From the NCBI GenBank assembly GCA_963664225.1, contig OY760937.1, forward strand, positions 2,432,001-2,496,000: DNA of 64,000 nt. The letters run 5' to 3'. Origin of the DNA: Verrucomicrobiia bacterium. Its GTDB lineage: Bacteria; Verrucomicrobiota; Verrucomicrobiia; Limisphaerales; UBA1319. The position numbers and the translations under genes are program-made. Of the stretch, positions 38,683 to 47,952 are shown piece by piece (positions within the stretch are counted from its first letter, which is position 1; each line of letters begins with the position of its first letter). The notes beneath the pieces were generated by a model. It did no database searches. It had not been told where the DNA came from and saw nothing but the letters and a program-made list of their open reading frames with translations.

Positions 38683-39816
38683 TTAGGACTTCACCGTGGG
38701 GCCGCCGGATTCGATCCATGCGGTGATGCCACCCTGAACGCTTTTGACATTGGCGCAGCCGTGCTGTTTGAGGAATTGAACCGCTTTCATGGAACGACCG
38801 CCGGCTTTGCAGAAGAGGTAGGTGGTCGGGACGGGATCGACCTCCGCATGGCGCTGGGCCAGTTGGCTCAGGGGTAGCAGCGGCACACCATCGATGCGGC
38901 AGGCCTGGTATTCGTCCGGCTCGCGCACATCCATCACGCGGATGGCATGGGCGGGGTCCGCGAGGGCTTTTTTCAAATCCTGAATGCTGACTTCATCGGT
39001 GCTCATGGGGGTTTTGATTTGGGATGCGCACACGGGCGCGACTTCGACAAGGCGGGTGATGGAGGGTTTCGTACTGCAGACCGGACAATTGGGATCGCGG
39101 CGGACCTTCAATTCCCTGAAGCTCATGGCGAGGGCATCGAAGACCAGCAGGCGTCCCGCGAGTGATACGCCCTGGCCGAGGATCCACTTCAAGACTTCGG
39201 CCGCCTGCAGGCAGCCCACAATCCCGGGCAACACGCCCAAGACTCCGGCTTCGGCGCAGCTTGGCGCGGCGCCCGGAGGAGGCGGTTCGGGGAAAATGCA
39301 GCGATAGCAGGGCCCGCCCTTCGCGGGGGCAAACAGGCTGGCCTGGCCCTCGAAGCGGAACACGGCTCCGTAAACGTTGGGCTTGCCCAGCATGACGCAG
39401 GCGTCGTTGACCAGATAGCGGGAGGTAAAATTATCAGTGCCGTCCGCCACAACATCGAAGGGCTTGAGAATTTCGAGGGTATTCTGAGCAGTCAACTTTT
39501 CAGAAAAGAGCGTCACCTCGACGTTCGGGTTCAAACGGTGGATGGTGTCGCGGGCCGATTCGGTCTTGAGACGGCCGACATCGGGCGTGCCGTGAACGAC
39601 CTGCCGCTGGAGATTCGAAGCATCCACGCGGTCAAAGTCCACAATACCAATCCGGCCCACACCGGCCGCCGCCAGATAAAGTAGCATGGGGGAGCCGAGT
39701 CCACCGGCGCCCACGCACAAAACGCTGGCCGCGCGAAGGCGGTCCTGACCCTCAGGGCCCACCTCGGGCAATAACAAATGGCGGGAATACCGCCGCAATT
39801 CTTCGTCTGTCAGCAT
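38683..39816 (-). CDS. moeB: MoeB/MoeZ-type adenylyltransferase with rhodanese domain
   Basis: RYSRHL, GAGGLG, SNLQRQ, PCYRC, CAEAGVLG and CPVC; C-terminal DVRE...FCKAGGRS. Confidence 0.93.
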   Translation of the reverse strand: MLTDEELRRYSRHLLLPEVGPEGQDRLRAASVLCVGAGGLGSPMLLYLAAAGVGRIGIVDFDRVDASNLQRQVVHGTPDVGRLKTESARDTIHRLNPNVEVTLFSEKLTAQNTLEILKPFDVVADGTDNFTSRYLVNDACVMLGKPNVYGAVFRFEGQASLFAPAKGGPCYRCIFPEPPPPGAAPSCAEAGVLGVLPGIVGCLQAAEVLKWILGQGVSLAGRLLVFDALAMSFRELKVRRDPNCPVCSTKPSITRLVEVAPVCASQIKTPMSTDEVSIQDLKKALADPAHAIRVMDVREPDEYQACRIDGVPLLPLSQLAQRHAEVDPVPTTYLFCKAGGRSMKAVQFLKQHGCANVKSVQGGITAWIESGGPTVKS

Positions 39817-39832
39817 GGCTTCATTATCCCGG

Positions 39833-39848
39833 TCATTACCGGTAATGA
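39833..39848. promoter_or_regulatory. Perfect 16-bp palindrome, candidate operator in the moeB promoter
   Basis: TCATTACCGGTAATGA lies between minus-strand TTGACT and GATAAT. Confidence 0.5.
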
Positions 39849-39897
39849 GTCAAGTCTAACACGACTCGGGAATTTGGCGACTTTTCAGCAGGACCGG

Positions 39898-41775
39898 TCA
39901 GCCCTGGAATTGCAGTTCGTAGAGGCGGCGGTAATGACCGTTTTGGGCGATCAACTGGTCGTGCGAGCCGGTTTCCACAATGCGGCCCTGGTCCATGACC
40001 ACGATGCGATCCGCCTTGTAAATGGTGGACAGGCGGTGGGCGATGCAGATGGTGGTGCGCCCCTGCATGAGGACTTCCAAGGCGGCTTGCACCGCGCGCT
40101 CGGATTCCGTGTCCAGAGCGCTGGTGGCCTCGTCCAGGATGAGGATGGGGGCGTTCTTTAGAATCGCACGCGCGATGGCAATGCGCTGGCGCTGGCCGCC
40201 GGAGAGCAATGCGCCCTTCTCCCCGACCACGGTGTCGAAACCCTGGGGTTTCTCCATGATGAAGTCGTAGGCAAAGGCACCCCGCGCGGCGGCTTCGATG
40301 TCGGCATTCGACGCTCCGGGCCGACCCAGCGCGATGTTATTGCGAATGGTTTCGTTGAAGAGAATGGTTTCCTGGGTGACCACGGCCATCTGTCCGCGCA
40401 GATCCCTGGTGGCGACCTCCCGGATGTCCGTGCCGCCAATGCGAATGGTGCCGCGGACAGGATCGAAGAAACGGAGCAGGAGGCTGGTGACGGTGGTTTT
40501 GCCCGCGCCGCTACCACCGACCAACGCCACGAGTTCGTTGGGTTTTACGGTCAATTGGATGTCGCGCAGGACCGGTTTGTCCCCGTAATCGAAATCGACC
40601 TTGTCGAACTGGATGTCGGCATTCGCCGCGCGCAGGGGCACGGGATTGGCCGGTTCGGGAATGGTGTTCTTGGTCAGAAGCAACTCATCCACCCGGTTAT
40701 AGGCCAGTTGGGCGGTGACGATCTGGTTGTGCAGCCGGCTCAGGGATTTAATGGGCGGATAGAGCAGGAAAATGCTGATGACGAACTGGAGCAACTCGTC
40801 CGGTCCGGCGCTCGTATCGGCCATGAACGCGAAATAGACAAAAAACAGGGCCACGCCGATGGAGCCGAAGAATTCGATCAACGGCCCGGGAATCTCGGAG
40901 GCGCGCACCGATTTCATGTACAAACCGGTGGCGGCATCGGTGAAGTGCTTGAACTGCTCGACCACTTTTCCCTCGAGGGTGTAGGCCTTAATGACACGGC
41001 TGCCTGTGATGGCCTCGTGCATGACGCCTGAAAGATCTGAGGAGTTTTGCTGCAGTGCCTTGGTGGATTTGCGCAGTTTGCGTCCGTAGATGATCACGGG
41101 CAGAATGCACAACGGAAACACGATCAGCGTGATGAGTGTCAGCCGGGTCTGTTGAATCAGCAACACCGTGAGCAGTGAGATCACCGTGATGGGCTCGCGT
41201 ATGACCACGGCAATGGAAGTGGTGATGCTATTTTGGAGGGTGGTCGTTTCATAAAAACGGGCCATCAAATCCCCCGTGCCCCTGCGGCTGAAGAAATCCA
41301 TCGACAGCCCCATGACATGCTCGAACATCCGTTTCCGGAGGTCCGCAATCGCGCGCATCGCCACCCAGGAAAGCAGGTAGGCATTCAAATAGGCAAGCAG
41401 GCCGCGAATGAACATGACGGCGGGAATGGAGGCGATGACCACGATAAGCAACCATTTCGAGCTGCTGCCTTCCGGGCTTAGCTTTTTCTCCCACCGATCC
41501 AGAAAGGAAAGGGACTTGCCGAGCTTGGGCCCCGCCAAAGTGCCGGCGAGCAGGCCGGTGGATGGCGCGTTCGTCACTGCGACCGCAGGCAGCGAATTTG
41601 TGGAGCCGACGACCGTGGGATTCTTCGAGTTGAAAATGACTTTCACGGCCACTTTGGCCGCCAGGGGAAGCGCGGGCGTGAACAAACCCGAAAGGACGCC
41701 GCATAAAAGCCCCAGCACAAACCGTGTCCGATACGGTCCGACCAGACTGAAAATCTTCTTAAAAACCAGAATCAT
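39898..41775 (-). CDS. msbA: MsbA-like ABC exporter (TMD-NBD half transporter)
   Basis: TM domain; Walker A GGSGAGKT, signature LSGGQRQR, Walker B ILILDEATSALD, H-loop AHRLST. Confidence 0.8.
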   Translation of the reverse strand: MILVFKKIFSLVGPYRTRFVLGLLCGVLSGLFTPALPLAAKVAVKVIFNSKNPTVVGSTNSLPAVAVTNAPSTGLLAGTLAGPKLGKSLSFLDRWEKKLSPEGSSSKWLLIVVIASIPAVMFIRGLLAYLNAYLLSWVAMRAIADLRKRMFEHVMGLSMDFFSRRGTGDLMARFYETTTLQNSITTSIAVVIREPITVISLLTVLLIQQTRLTLITLIVFPLCILPVIIYGRKLRKSTKALQQNSSDLSGVMHEAITGSRVIKAYTLEGKVVEQFKHFTDAATGLYMKSVRASEIPGPLIEFFGSIGVALFFVYFAFMADTSAGPDELLQFVISIFLLYPPIKSLSRLHNQIVTAQLAYNRVDELLLTKNTIPEPANPVPLRAANADIQFDKVDFDYGDKPVLRDIQLTVKPNELVALVGGSGAGKTTVTSLLLRFFDPVRGTIRIGGTDIREVATRDLRGQMAVVTQETILFNETIRNNIALGRPGASNADIEAAARGAFAYDFIMEKPQGFDTVVGEKGALLSGGQRQRIAIARAILKNAPILILDEATSALDTESERAVQAALEVLMQGRTTICIAHRLSTIYKADRIVVMDQGRIVETGSHDQLIAQNGHYRRLYELQFQG

Positions 41776-41910
41776 GAACGTGCGGCATTATGGCGTGGAA
41801 CGCCCATTAAGCCAGAATATTGTGCGCATGGGGGCCGCGCCCTTGCGGCGATCAACGGAGGTCCGCTTCGATTTTCGAGCATCCTGTGCGGCGGCATTTC
41901 CCGCCCGCCA

Positions 41911-42465
41911 TCACTGGATGACCAGGGTGGTCTTGTGGTTTGGACCCTCTTCCTCCCAACGACGGCGCAGGTAGATGACGATCTGGTCGTTGAGCTGCTG
42001 ACAGCCCGAATTCCACCGTTTGGCGCCCAGCAGTCCTTTGACCGACGAGCGCAAACCGGTAAAGCGGATGACGCGCGGCATGGACGCCAGCTTGCTGTCC
42101 AGGGTTTCGTGCAAAGTCTTGAAGAAAGCCAACTCCAGAAAACCTGAGCCTTCCGCCAGGGTGCGTAAATCCAGTTCCGAAACCGACCCTTCCACAACGG
42201 GCACGGTGGCCGATTGAACGCTCACCCCCATGCCGCGCAAGGCTTTTTCAAGTGCTTCGGAGAATTCGGCAACGGAGACATTTTCCCGTCCCAGATCATG
42301 CCGGAAATAATGGAGCACCGCCTCCGCCGCATGCTGGACCATGACCGGATCGAGCTGATAACAGGCTTCGCCGAGCAATTCCACACTCACCTGTTCCGCC
42401 GAGCAGGGCAAAAGATCGCCGGACCCGGATTCAATCTGCAGGTAATCGGGGCGCAATTGTATCAT
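41911..42465 (-). CDS. Hypothetical protein translationally coupled to nrdR
   Basis: Start MIQLRPD overlaps the nrdR stop (ATGA); AVLHYFRHDLG and GLRSSVKGLLGAKRW motifs. Confidence 0.7.
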   Translation of the reverse strand: MIQLRPDYLQIESGSGDLLPCSAEQVSVELLGEACYQLDPVMVQHAAEAVLHYFRHDLGRENVSVAEFSEALEKALRGMGVSVQSATVPVVEGSVSELDLRTLAEGSGFLELAFFKTLHETLDSKLASMPRVIRFTGLRSSVKGLLGAKRWNSGCQQLNDQIVIYLRRRWEEEGPNHKTTLVIQ

Positions 42466-42920
42466 AGGCTTTTGTTCTCCAAATTGTTGACGACCTTGAC
42501 AAACTCCGTGGCTTCCTGGAACCGGCGATACACGCTGGCAAAACGGACGTAAGCGACCTCGTCCAATGCCCGCAAACCATCCATGACCCGCTCCCCGATC
42601 TCGGCACACGGCACCTCGCGCTCAAAATGCACCACCACATCCGCTTCGATCTTCTCGACCAGATCCTCGATGGCTTTGGTGCTGACGGGACGCTTTTGAC
42701 ACGCTTTTTTGATGCCAAAGCGGAGTTTCTCCTTCGAATACTCCTCCAGACGGCCATCTCGTTTGACAACCATCAAGCCTTCGTGCTCGATTTCTTCATA
42801 CGTGGTGTAGCGATATTGGCACGCCAGACACTCCCGGCGCCGACGAATGGTGGCCCCTTCCCGGGAGGACCGGGAATCGATCACCTTGTCATCCTGACAA
42901 GCGCACTTGGGACATCGCAT
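42462..42920 (-). CDS. nrdR: Transcriptional repressor NrdR
   Basis: MRCPKC...VIDSR...IRRRRECLAC...TTYE, ATP cone, LDEVAYVRFASVY. Confidence 0.97.
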   Translation of the reverse strand: MRCPKCACQDDKVIDSRSSREGATIRRRRECLACQYRYTTYEEIEHEGLMVVKRDGRLEEYSKEKLRFGIKKACQKRPVSTKAIEDLVEKIEADVVVHFEREVPCAEIGERVMDGLRALDEVAYVRFASVYRRFQEATEFVKVVNNLENKSL

Positions 42921-43223
42921 AAAGTTCGTCTAAAGCATCCGAAAAACCACACAAACTACCCTGTAATGTGTCCAGACTCTTGTACTATACAATTGCTTGT
43001 GGTGTCAAGTCTGGGAGAGGAGTTATTTGAATATCGTTTGGAGGCCGGGTTTCGGCAGAAGTTTAGCTTTTCGAGGCGGTGCGTTGTTGGGGCTAAGTAT
43101 GGCCTCCAACTCCATCCTTTGCAGGGATTGGGAGCCTGAAAGCCCGGGCGGGTATTATCCAAACTAATTTTTAGACAATACAAGGATTGTTTGCTATTAT
43201 TGTTACTGAACAACAGGAGCATT

Positions 43224-45662
43224 ATGGATTACAGGCTGACTTTCAAATTTGGGGCGAGTTGCGCACTCGCGTTATTTCTTTCATTAACGGCACCGATAAA
43301 GGCAGCGAATGGAAACACGGTCATCGGGTGGAACGATTTGGGGATGCACTGCATGGATGGAGTGGATTTCTCGGTCTTTTCGATCCTCCCGCCCTTCAAC
43401 AACATACACTCGCACCTGATCGCCAATGGCCAACTGATCACAGACACAAATTCCTACACGCTCACTTACGAGGCGGTGGCCGATCCAAGCGGTTCGATCA
43501 ACACGACCTCGCAGGGCAAAGGCAATTTCTGGGATTATGTGCTCGATATGTATGGGGTGACACTGCCGGTGGATGTGGGCCTGGCGGGTTATAATATGCC
43601 CGGCACGAACAACATACCTCAAGCCATGGGTTTCGACGCCACCGAAAACTGGTTTACCGGCGCGGGCATTCCCATCACCCCCTTCGATGACCGTTTGGTC
43701 AAGAACCCCTATCCCATGATGCGCGTTGTGGCGCGTAGCAAAACCAACAATGCAGTGATTGCCACGACGGATATCGTTCTGCCCGTGTCGGATGAGATGG
43801 ATTGCCGGGCCTGTCATTTATCCGGTTCCTATCGGGACGCCCAACCCATTGGCGGCTGGGAATGGAATGTGGACCGCAACAAGGATTACAAGCTGAACAT
43901 CCTGCGCCTCCACGACCAATACCAGGCCAATTTCCAAAGCAAATACGCCACCCTGCTGGCCGCAGCCCATTACAACACGAACGGGCTTTATGCGACGGTC
44001 GTCAAGGATGGCACGGCGGTGCTTTGCGCGAATTGTCATCCCTCGAACGCCCTTCCCGGGAAGGGCCAGAATGGAATTACTCCCCTGACCCAGGCGATTC
44101 ACGGTTTTCATGCCTTCGTGCTGGATCCTGGTACCCATATTTTGCTCGACGATTCAGCCAACCGTGCCTCGTGTTATCGCTGCCATCCCGGCTCGTCCAC
44201 CAAATGCCTGCGCGGAGCGATGGGCAGCGCGGTGGCGGCGGATGGTTCGATGGCCATGCAATGCCAGAGTTGTCACGGCAGCATGAGCGCTGTGGGACGC
44301 GGCGGGCGCATCGGTTGGCTCGAACAACCCAACTGCCAGGCCTGCCATACCGGCACGGCGGTTCAAAATAACGGGCAAATCCGTTTCACCTCGGCGTTGG
44401 AAACCAACGGCACGCTCCGTGTGGCGTCGAACACCACATTCGCCACGCAGCCCAACACCCCGGCTGCGGGTGTTTCTCTCTACCGCTTTTCCAAGGGACA
44501 CGGCGGCCTGCAATGCGAGGCCTGTCACGGTTCCACCCATGCTGAATTCCCCTCCTCACACACCAATGACAATGTGCAGAGCTTCCAATTGCAAGGGCAC
44601 ATCGGCATGCTCACCGAATGCGCCACCTGCCACGGAACCTCCCCGGTCACCACCAGTGGCGGTCCTCATGGCATGCATCCTGTCGGCCAAACCTGGGTCA
44701 GCAGGCATCCCAATGTGGTCGAATCCTCAGGCTCCACCCAATGCAAGGCCTGTCACGGAAACGACTATCGGGGCACGGTCCTCTCGCGTTCCCAGGCGGA
44801 CCGCAACATCACCGGCATCGGAAGCCATTTCTTCTGGCGCGGTTATCAGATCGGCTGTTACGCCTGCCATAACGGGCCAAGCAATGAGGATCAAGCCAAT
44901 CCCAACCCGCCCGCGACCGTGGCCAATGTCACTGCGACCGGAGTCAGCGGTGTGCCGTTGGCCATTCCGCTCTCCGCCACGGATCCCACTGGCAATCTTT
45001 TGACGTTGCGTGTGGTGACTCAACCCGCGCACGGCACCCTGGGAATGAGCAACCAGACTGCGTTCTATTTCCCGGACGCCAACTACACCGGGCCGGACAG
45101 TTTCACCTATGCCGCGTGGAATGGCTCGGTGGATTCCAACCTGGGTTCGGGACAAGTCATGGTAGCCGCCGGTCCATTTGGGATGGGTTGCACCTCGGTG
45201 GCGGCACCGAAGGTTCCCGCCAAAAAGGCCGCACCCTTCTGGGCGACTCCGACGGTCACGAATTATACGGGTGCAGTGACGTTTGACTGGAATTTCGGGG
45301 ACGCAACGGCCCATGACACCAACCAATACGCGGCTCATGCCTACGCGTTGCCAGGGCAATATGCGTGGACCCTGCTCGCCTCCGCCAACGGGATCACCGT
45401 GACCAACACGGGAAATATCACGGTCAGCGCCGCGATCGTGGAACCCCCGCTGCTCTCGATCGAACGCCAGGGGACCAACGTGTTGATCTCTTGGTCAATG
45501 ACTTACACGAACTTTGTGCTGGAAACGACCGATCTCCTGGCGGCCTCGAACTTCTGGAGTCAGGCATCGGCGATTTCGACTCTGCAATCGAACCGGCTGG
45601 TGGTAACGGAAGGGATCACAAACACAGCGCGCTATTACCGGCTGCGCCAGACAACGCCGTAA
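43224..45662 (+). CDS. Secreted multiheme c-type cytochrome (9 CxxCH) with Big_9, PKD and C-terminal YYRL domain
   Basis: AGGAG RBS and signal peptide; WNDLGMHC; CRACH, CANCH, CYRCH, CQSCH, CQACH, CEACH, CATCH, CKACH, CYACH; QPAHG...GPDSFTY; WNFGD. Confidence 0.9.
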   Translation: MDYRLTFKFGASCALALFLSLTAPIKAANGNTVIGWNDLGMHCMDGVDFSVFSILPPFNNIHSHLIANGQLITDTNSYTLTYEAVADPSGSINTTSQGKGNFWDYVLDMYGVTLPVDVGLAGYNMPGTNNIPQAMGFDATENWFTGAGIPITPFDDRLVKNPYPMMRVVARSKTNNAVIATTDIVLPVSDEMDCRACHLSGSYRDAQPIGGWEWNVDRNKDYKLNILRLHDQYQANFQSKYATLLAAAHYNTNGLYATVVKDGTAVLCANCHPSNALPGKGQNGITPLTQAIHGFHAFVLDPGTHILLDDSANRASCYRCHPGSSTKCLRGAMGSAVAADGSMAMQCQSCHGSMSAVGRGGRIGWLEQPNCQACHTGTAVQNNGQIRFTSALETNGTLRVASNTTFATQPNTPAAGVSLYRFSKGHGGLQCEACHGSTHAEFPSSHTNDNVQSFQLQGHIGMLTECATCHGTSPVTTSGGPHGMHPVGQTWVSRHPNVVESSGSTQCKACHGNDYRGTVLSRSQADRNITGIGSHFFWRGYQIGCYACHNGPSNEDQANPNPPATVANVTATGVSGVPLAIPLSATDPTGNLLTLRVVTQPAHGTLGMSNQTAFYFPDANYTGPDSFTYAAWNGSVDSNLGSGQVMVAAGPFGMGCTSVAAPKVPAKKAAPFWATPTVTNYTGAVTFDWNFGDATAHDTNQYAAHAYALPGQYAWTLLASANGITVTNTGNITVSAAIVEPPLLSIERQGTNVLISWSMTYTNFVLETTDLLAASNFWSQASAISTLQSNRLVVTEGITNTARYYRLRQTTP

Positions 45663-45681
45663 GCGAAGTTTCCAGCGAGGT

Positions 45682-46452
45682 TTAAGCCGGGCGTTCTTGC
45701 GCCCGGTTGAAGGCCACGGCATCGGTGTAACGAACGCCGGTGCCGCCGAAAATATCAAGCGCGGAACCGATGGTCAGATCGATTCGGCCATTTCCCATGC
45801 GGGTGACCTCCACCAGGTCCTCCATCGACCGCGCCCCACCGGCGTAGGTCGTGGGAATGGGCGACCACGCGCCAAGTCGGCTGACCAATTCCCGGTCGAT
45901 GCCCCCGCAGAGTCCTTCCACATCCACCGCGTGAATCAGGAATTCGGCGCAATATTTGGCCAGGGATTCGAGCGTCGATTTTTCAACCGTTTGATTGGTG
46001 AATTTCTGCCAGCGGTCGGTGACCACGAAGTATTGGCCGTCCCGGATGCGGCAGCTCAGATCGAGCACCAGACGGTTGGCGCCAACAGCCCTGACCAGTT
46101 CATCGAGGCGATCCCAGTCAATCCGGCCCTCGCGAAAGACCCAGGAGGTGACGATCACGTGCGAAGCCCCGGCATCGAGATAGCTGGAGGCGTTTTCGGC
46201 GGAAATGCCGCCGCCGATCTGGAGTCCACCCGGCCAGGCGGCCAAAGCCTCCCGCGCGGCGGATTCATTTCCCGGCCCGAGCATGATGACATGCCCGCCC
46301 GCAAGTCCATCCTTGCGATAGAGTTCGGCGAACCATGCACTCGAACGTTCCGAGACAAAGTTGGTGCGCAAGCCCGCGGCGCGGTCGTTCAACGAGCCGC
46401 CCACGATCTGTTTCACCTTGCCTTCGTGAAGGTCAATGCACGGGCGGAACAT
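45682..46452 (-). CDS. hisA: ProFAR isomerase, eukaryotic (His6)-type
   Basis: FRPCIDLHEGKVKQIVGG, GGHVIMLG, LVLDLSCR, FLIHAVDVEG and DLTIGSALDIFGG. Confidence 0.95.
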   Translation of the reverse strand: MFRPCIDLHEGKVKQIVGGSLNDRAAGLRTNFVSERSSAWFAELYRKDGLAGGHVIMLGPGNESAAREALAAWPGGLQIGGGISAENASSYLDAGASHVIVTSWVFREGRIDWDRLDELVRAVGANRLVLDLSCRIRDGQYFVVTDRWQKFTNQTVEKSTLESLAKYCAEFLIHAVDVEGLCGGIDRELVSRLGAWSPIPTTYAGGARSMEDLVEVTRMGNGRIDLTIGSALDIFGGTGVRYTDAVAFNRAQERPA

Positions 46453-46488
46453 GGGAGGAAAACCGGAATCTGCGCCTGTCGGCGAACG

Positions 46489-46517
46489 AAAAAAAAGGCG
46501 CCCGCAGTCCGGGCGCC
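46489..46517 (-). terminator. Rho-independent terminator of rpsT
   Basis: Minus strand GGCGCCCG-GACTG-CGGGCGCC-TTTTTTTT. Confidence 0.88.
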
Positions 46518-46540
46518 ATTCACGCTTTCCAGCGCGGAAA

Positions 46541-46804
46541 TTACTTCATCTTGTTCACCTGGATGGCCAGGCGCGATTTCTTGCGATTGGCCTTGTTGCG
46601 GTGCACAATACCGGCCTTGACGCCCTTGTCCAGGGCGCTGCTGACGGTCTTGAGCGCGGCCGTGGCTTCGTCCTTCTTGCCACTCTTGATGACATCGGCG
46701 TAGTTGCGTTCCACGGTCTTCAAACCGGATTTGCGGCTCCGGTTCTGCGTGTTCTTGCGGGCGCTGTTGCGCATGCGCCGTTCGGCTGAATGAGTATTCG
46801 GCAT
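46541..46804 (-). CDS. rpsT: 30S ribosomal protein S20
   Basis: MPNTHSAERRMR...ALDKGVKAGIVHRNKANRKKSRL. Confidence 0.96.
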   Translation of the reverse strand: MPNTHSAERRMRNSARKNTQNRSRKSGLKTVERNYADVIKSGKKDEATAALKTVSSALDKGVKAGIVHRNKANRKKSRLAIQVNKMK

Positions 46805-46883
46805 AAATATCTATCTCAATTTAAACAGAGTTCAGCCTATCGAATTTCCCATCGATGTCAATGACAGGAATTGGACCTTTTTT

Positions 46884-47549
46884 TCAACATAATCCCGAAA
46901 GCGCGTCTGAAACACGCGCGATCTCGGGAATGTCAAACCTCTCAGAGGCGGCCAATACCAGTTGTTGTTTTTGCCGAGGGCTTAAAACATGGAGATCGCC
47001 GTCACCGAAATAGCTCAGCGATTTCATTGTGAACATGGGATTGAATTGGTCCCCGTAGAGCGCCCGTGCCGCCCCCAACATCTCTGGCAGCTTGATGCCA
47101 TGATCCAAAATGGCGATGATATCGAGGTAATCCTTGGATTCGGCGCGCTGTTGCACGACCTTGGCCTTTGTGGCGGCGATGTCGAGCAGCGAGGCCACGC
47201 GCAGAATGCCGTCGATGGTTTCTTCGGGGTCCCGCACGCGCCCCATGTTCAGACCGCCAAAAAACGAGACTTTCACAGCCCCGCCCCGATCGATGGCCAT
47301 CGTCAGCGTCTGACTTTCGTTCTGAAGCACTTTACCGTCCGTAAGGAACGGTATGGTTTGGATCAGGCGCTCGGGAATCAGTTTTTCGGATGTGAAAAAA
47401 TCGAAATCGATGGACTGCCGGTGTCCCAACCGCAACGAGAGGCCCGTTCCACCATAAAGCACAAAGGTTTTCGGGACTTGCCGTAGATCCGGCCATAGCG
47501 CTTGTTGCGGCCTGGGCAAAACATCCAATCGCGGTTCAAACCTATTCAT
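46884..47549 (-). CDS. abiEii: AbiEii/AbiGii-family nucleotidyltransferase toxin
   Basis: FVLYGGTGLSLRLGHRQSIDFDFF, K...QRAESKDYLDI and SLSYFGD; start overlaps the upstream stop (ATGA). Confidence 0.88.
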   Translation of the reverse strand: MNRFEPRLDVLPRPQQALWPDLRQVPKTFVLYGGTGLSLRLGHRQSIDFDFFTSEKLIPERLIQTIPFLTDGKVLQNESQTLTMAIDRGGAVKVSFFGGLNMGRVRDPEETIDGILRVASLLDIAATKAKVVQQRAESKDYLDIIAILDHGIKLPEMLGAARALYGDQFNPMFTMKSLSYFGDGDLHVLSPRQKQQLVLAASERFDIPEIARVSDALSGLC

Positions 47550-47848
47550 ATCACCCTTTGCGGAAGCGGAGGCACTGGATGACGCCCAAAATACAGATGC
47601 CAATAATTCCACGATTTCAGATCGAAAACACCCGGCGGGGCATTGTCCAGTACGCCTTCGAATGCCCGCTCGCCCAGCAGGCTCCTTGTCTTGCGCACAT
47701 CCTCCCAATCCCCAAAAACCATCACTTGCGCCACCAAACGCGTAACGTCCCGGATCGCCTCGTCAGGCGTGCCCCACCAAAACACCTTGGCAGCCACCGC
47801 AGCAAGCTCCTTCTCGATATCCGGCGTGATGTCCTGGGTTAATGGCAT
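47546..47848 (-). CDS. Small cognate antitoxin-like protein (DUF6922-like)
   Basis: About 100 aa; VFWW...VAQVMVFGDWED...SWNYW; coupled to the toxin. Confidence 0.7.
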   Translation of the reverse strand: MPLTQDITPDIEKELAAVAAKVFWWGTPDEAIRDVTRLVAQVMVFGDWEDVRKTRSLLGERAFEGVLDNAPPGVFDLKSWNYWHLYFGRHPVPPLPQRVI

Positions 47849-47952
47849 ATCCAAGTGGTGATCACGTCCCCAGTTTACCTCGTTTATGCCCCTGGACGCA
47901 AGCCAACAAGCCGGGGAGTCAGCGGACGAAGTCAACGCTCAGCGCACATTTC

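Noticed and set aside
45682..46452. Eukaryotic-type hisA as evidence of recent eukaryote-to-bacterium transfer
   Set aside because: The His6-type family is already known in several bacterial lineages, and composition matches the host.
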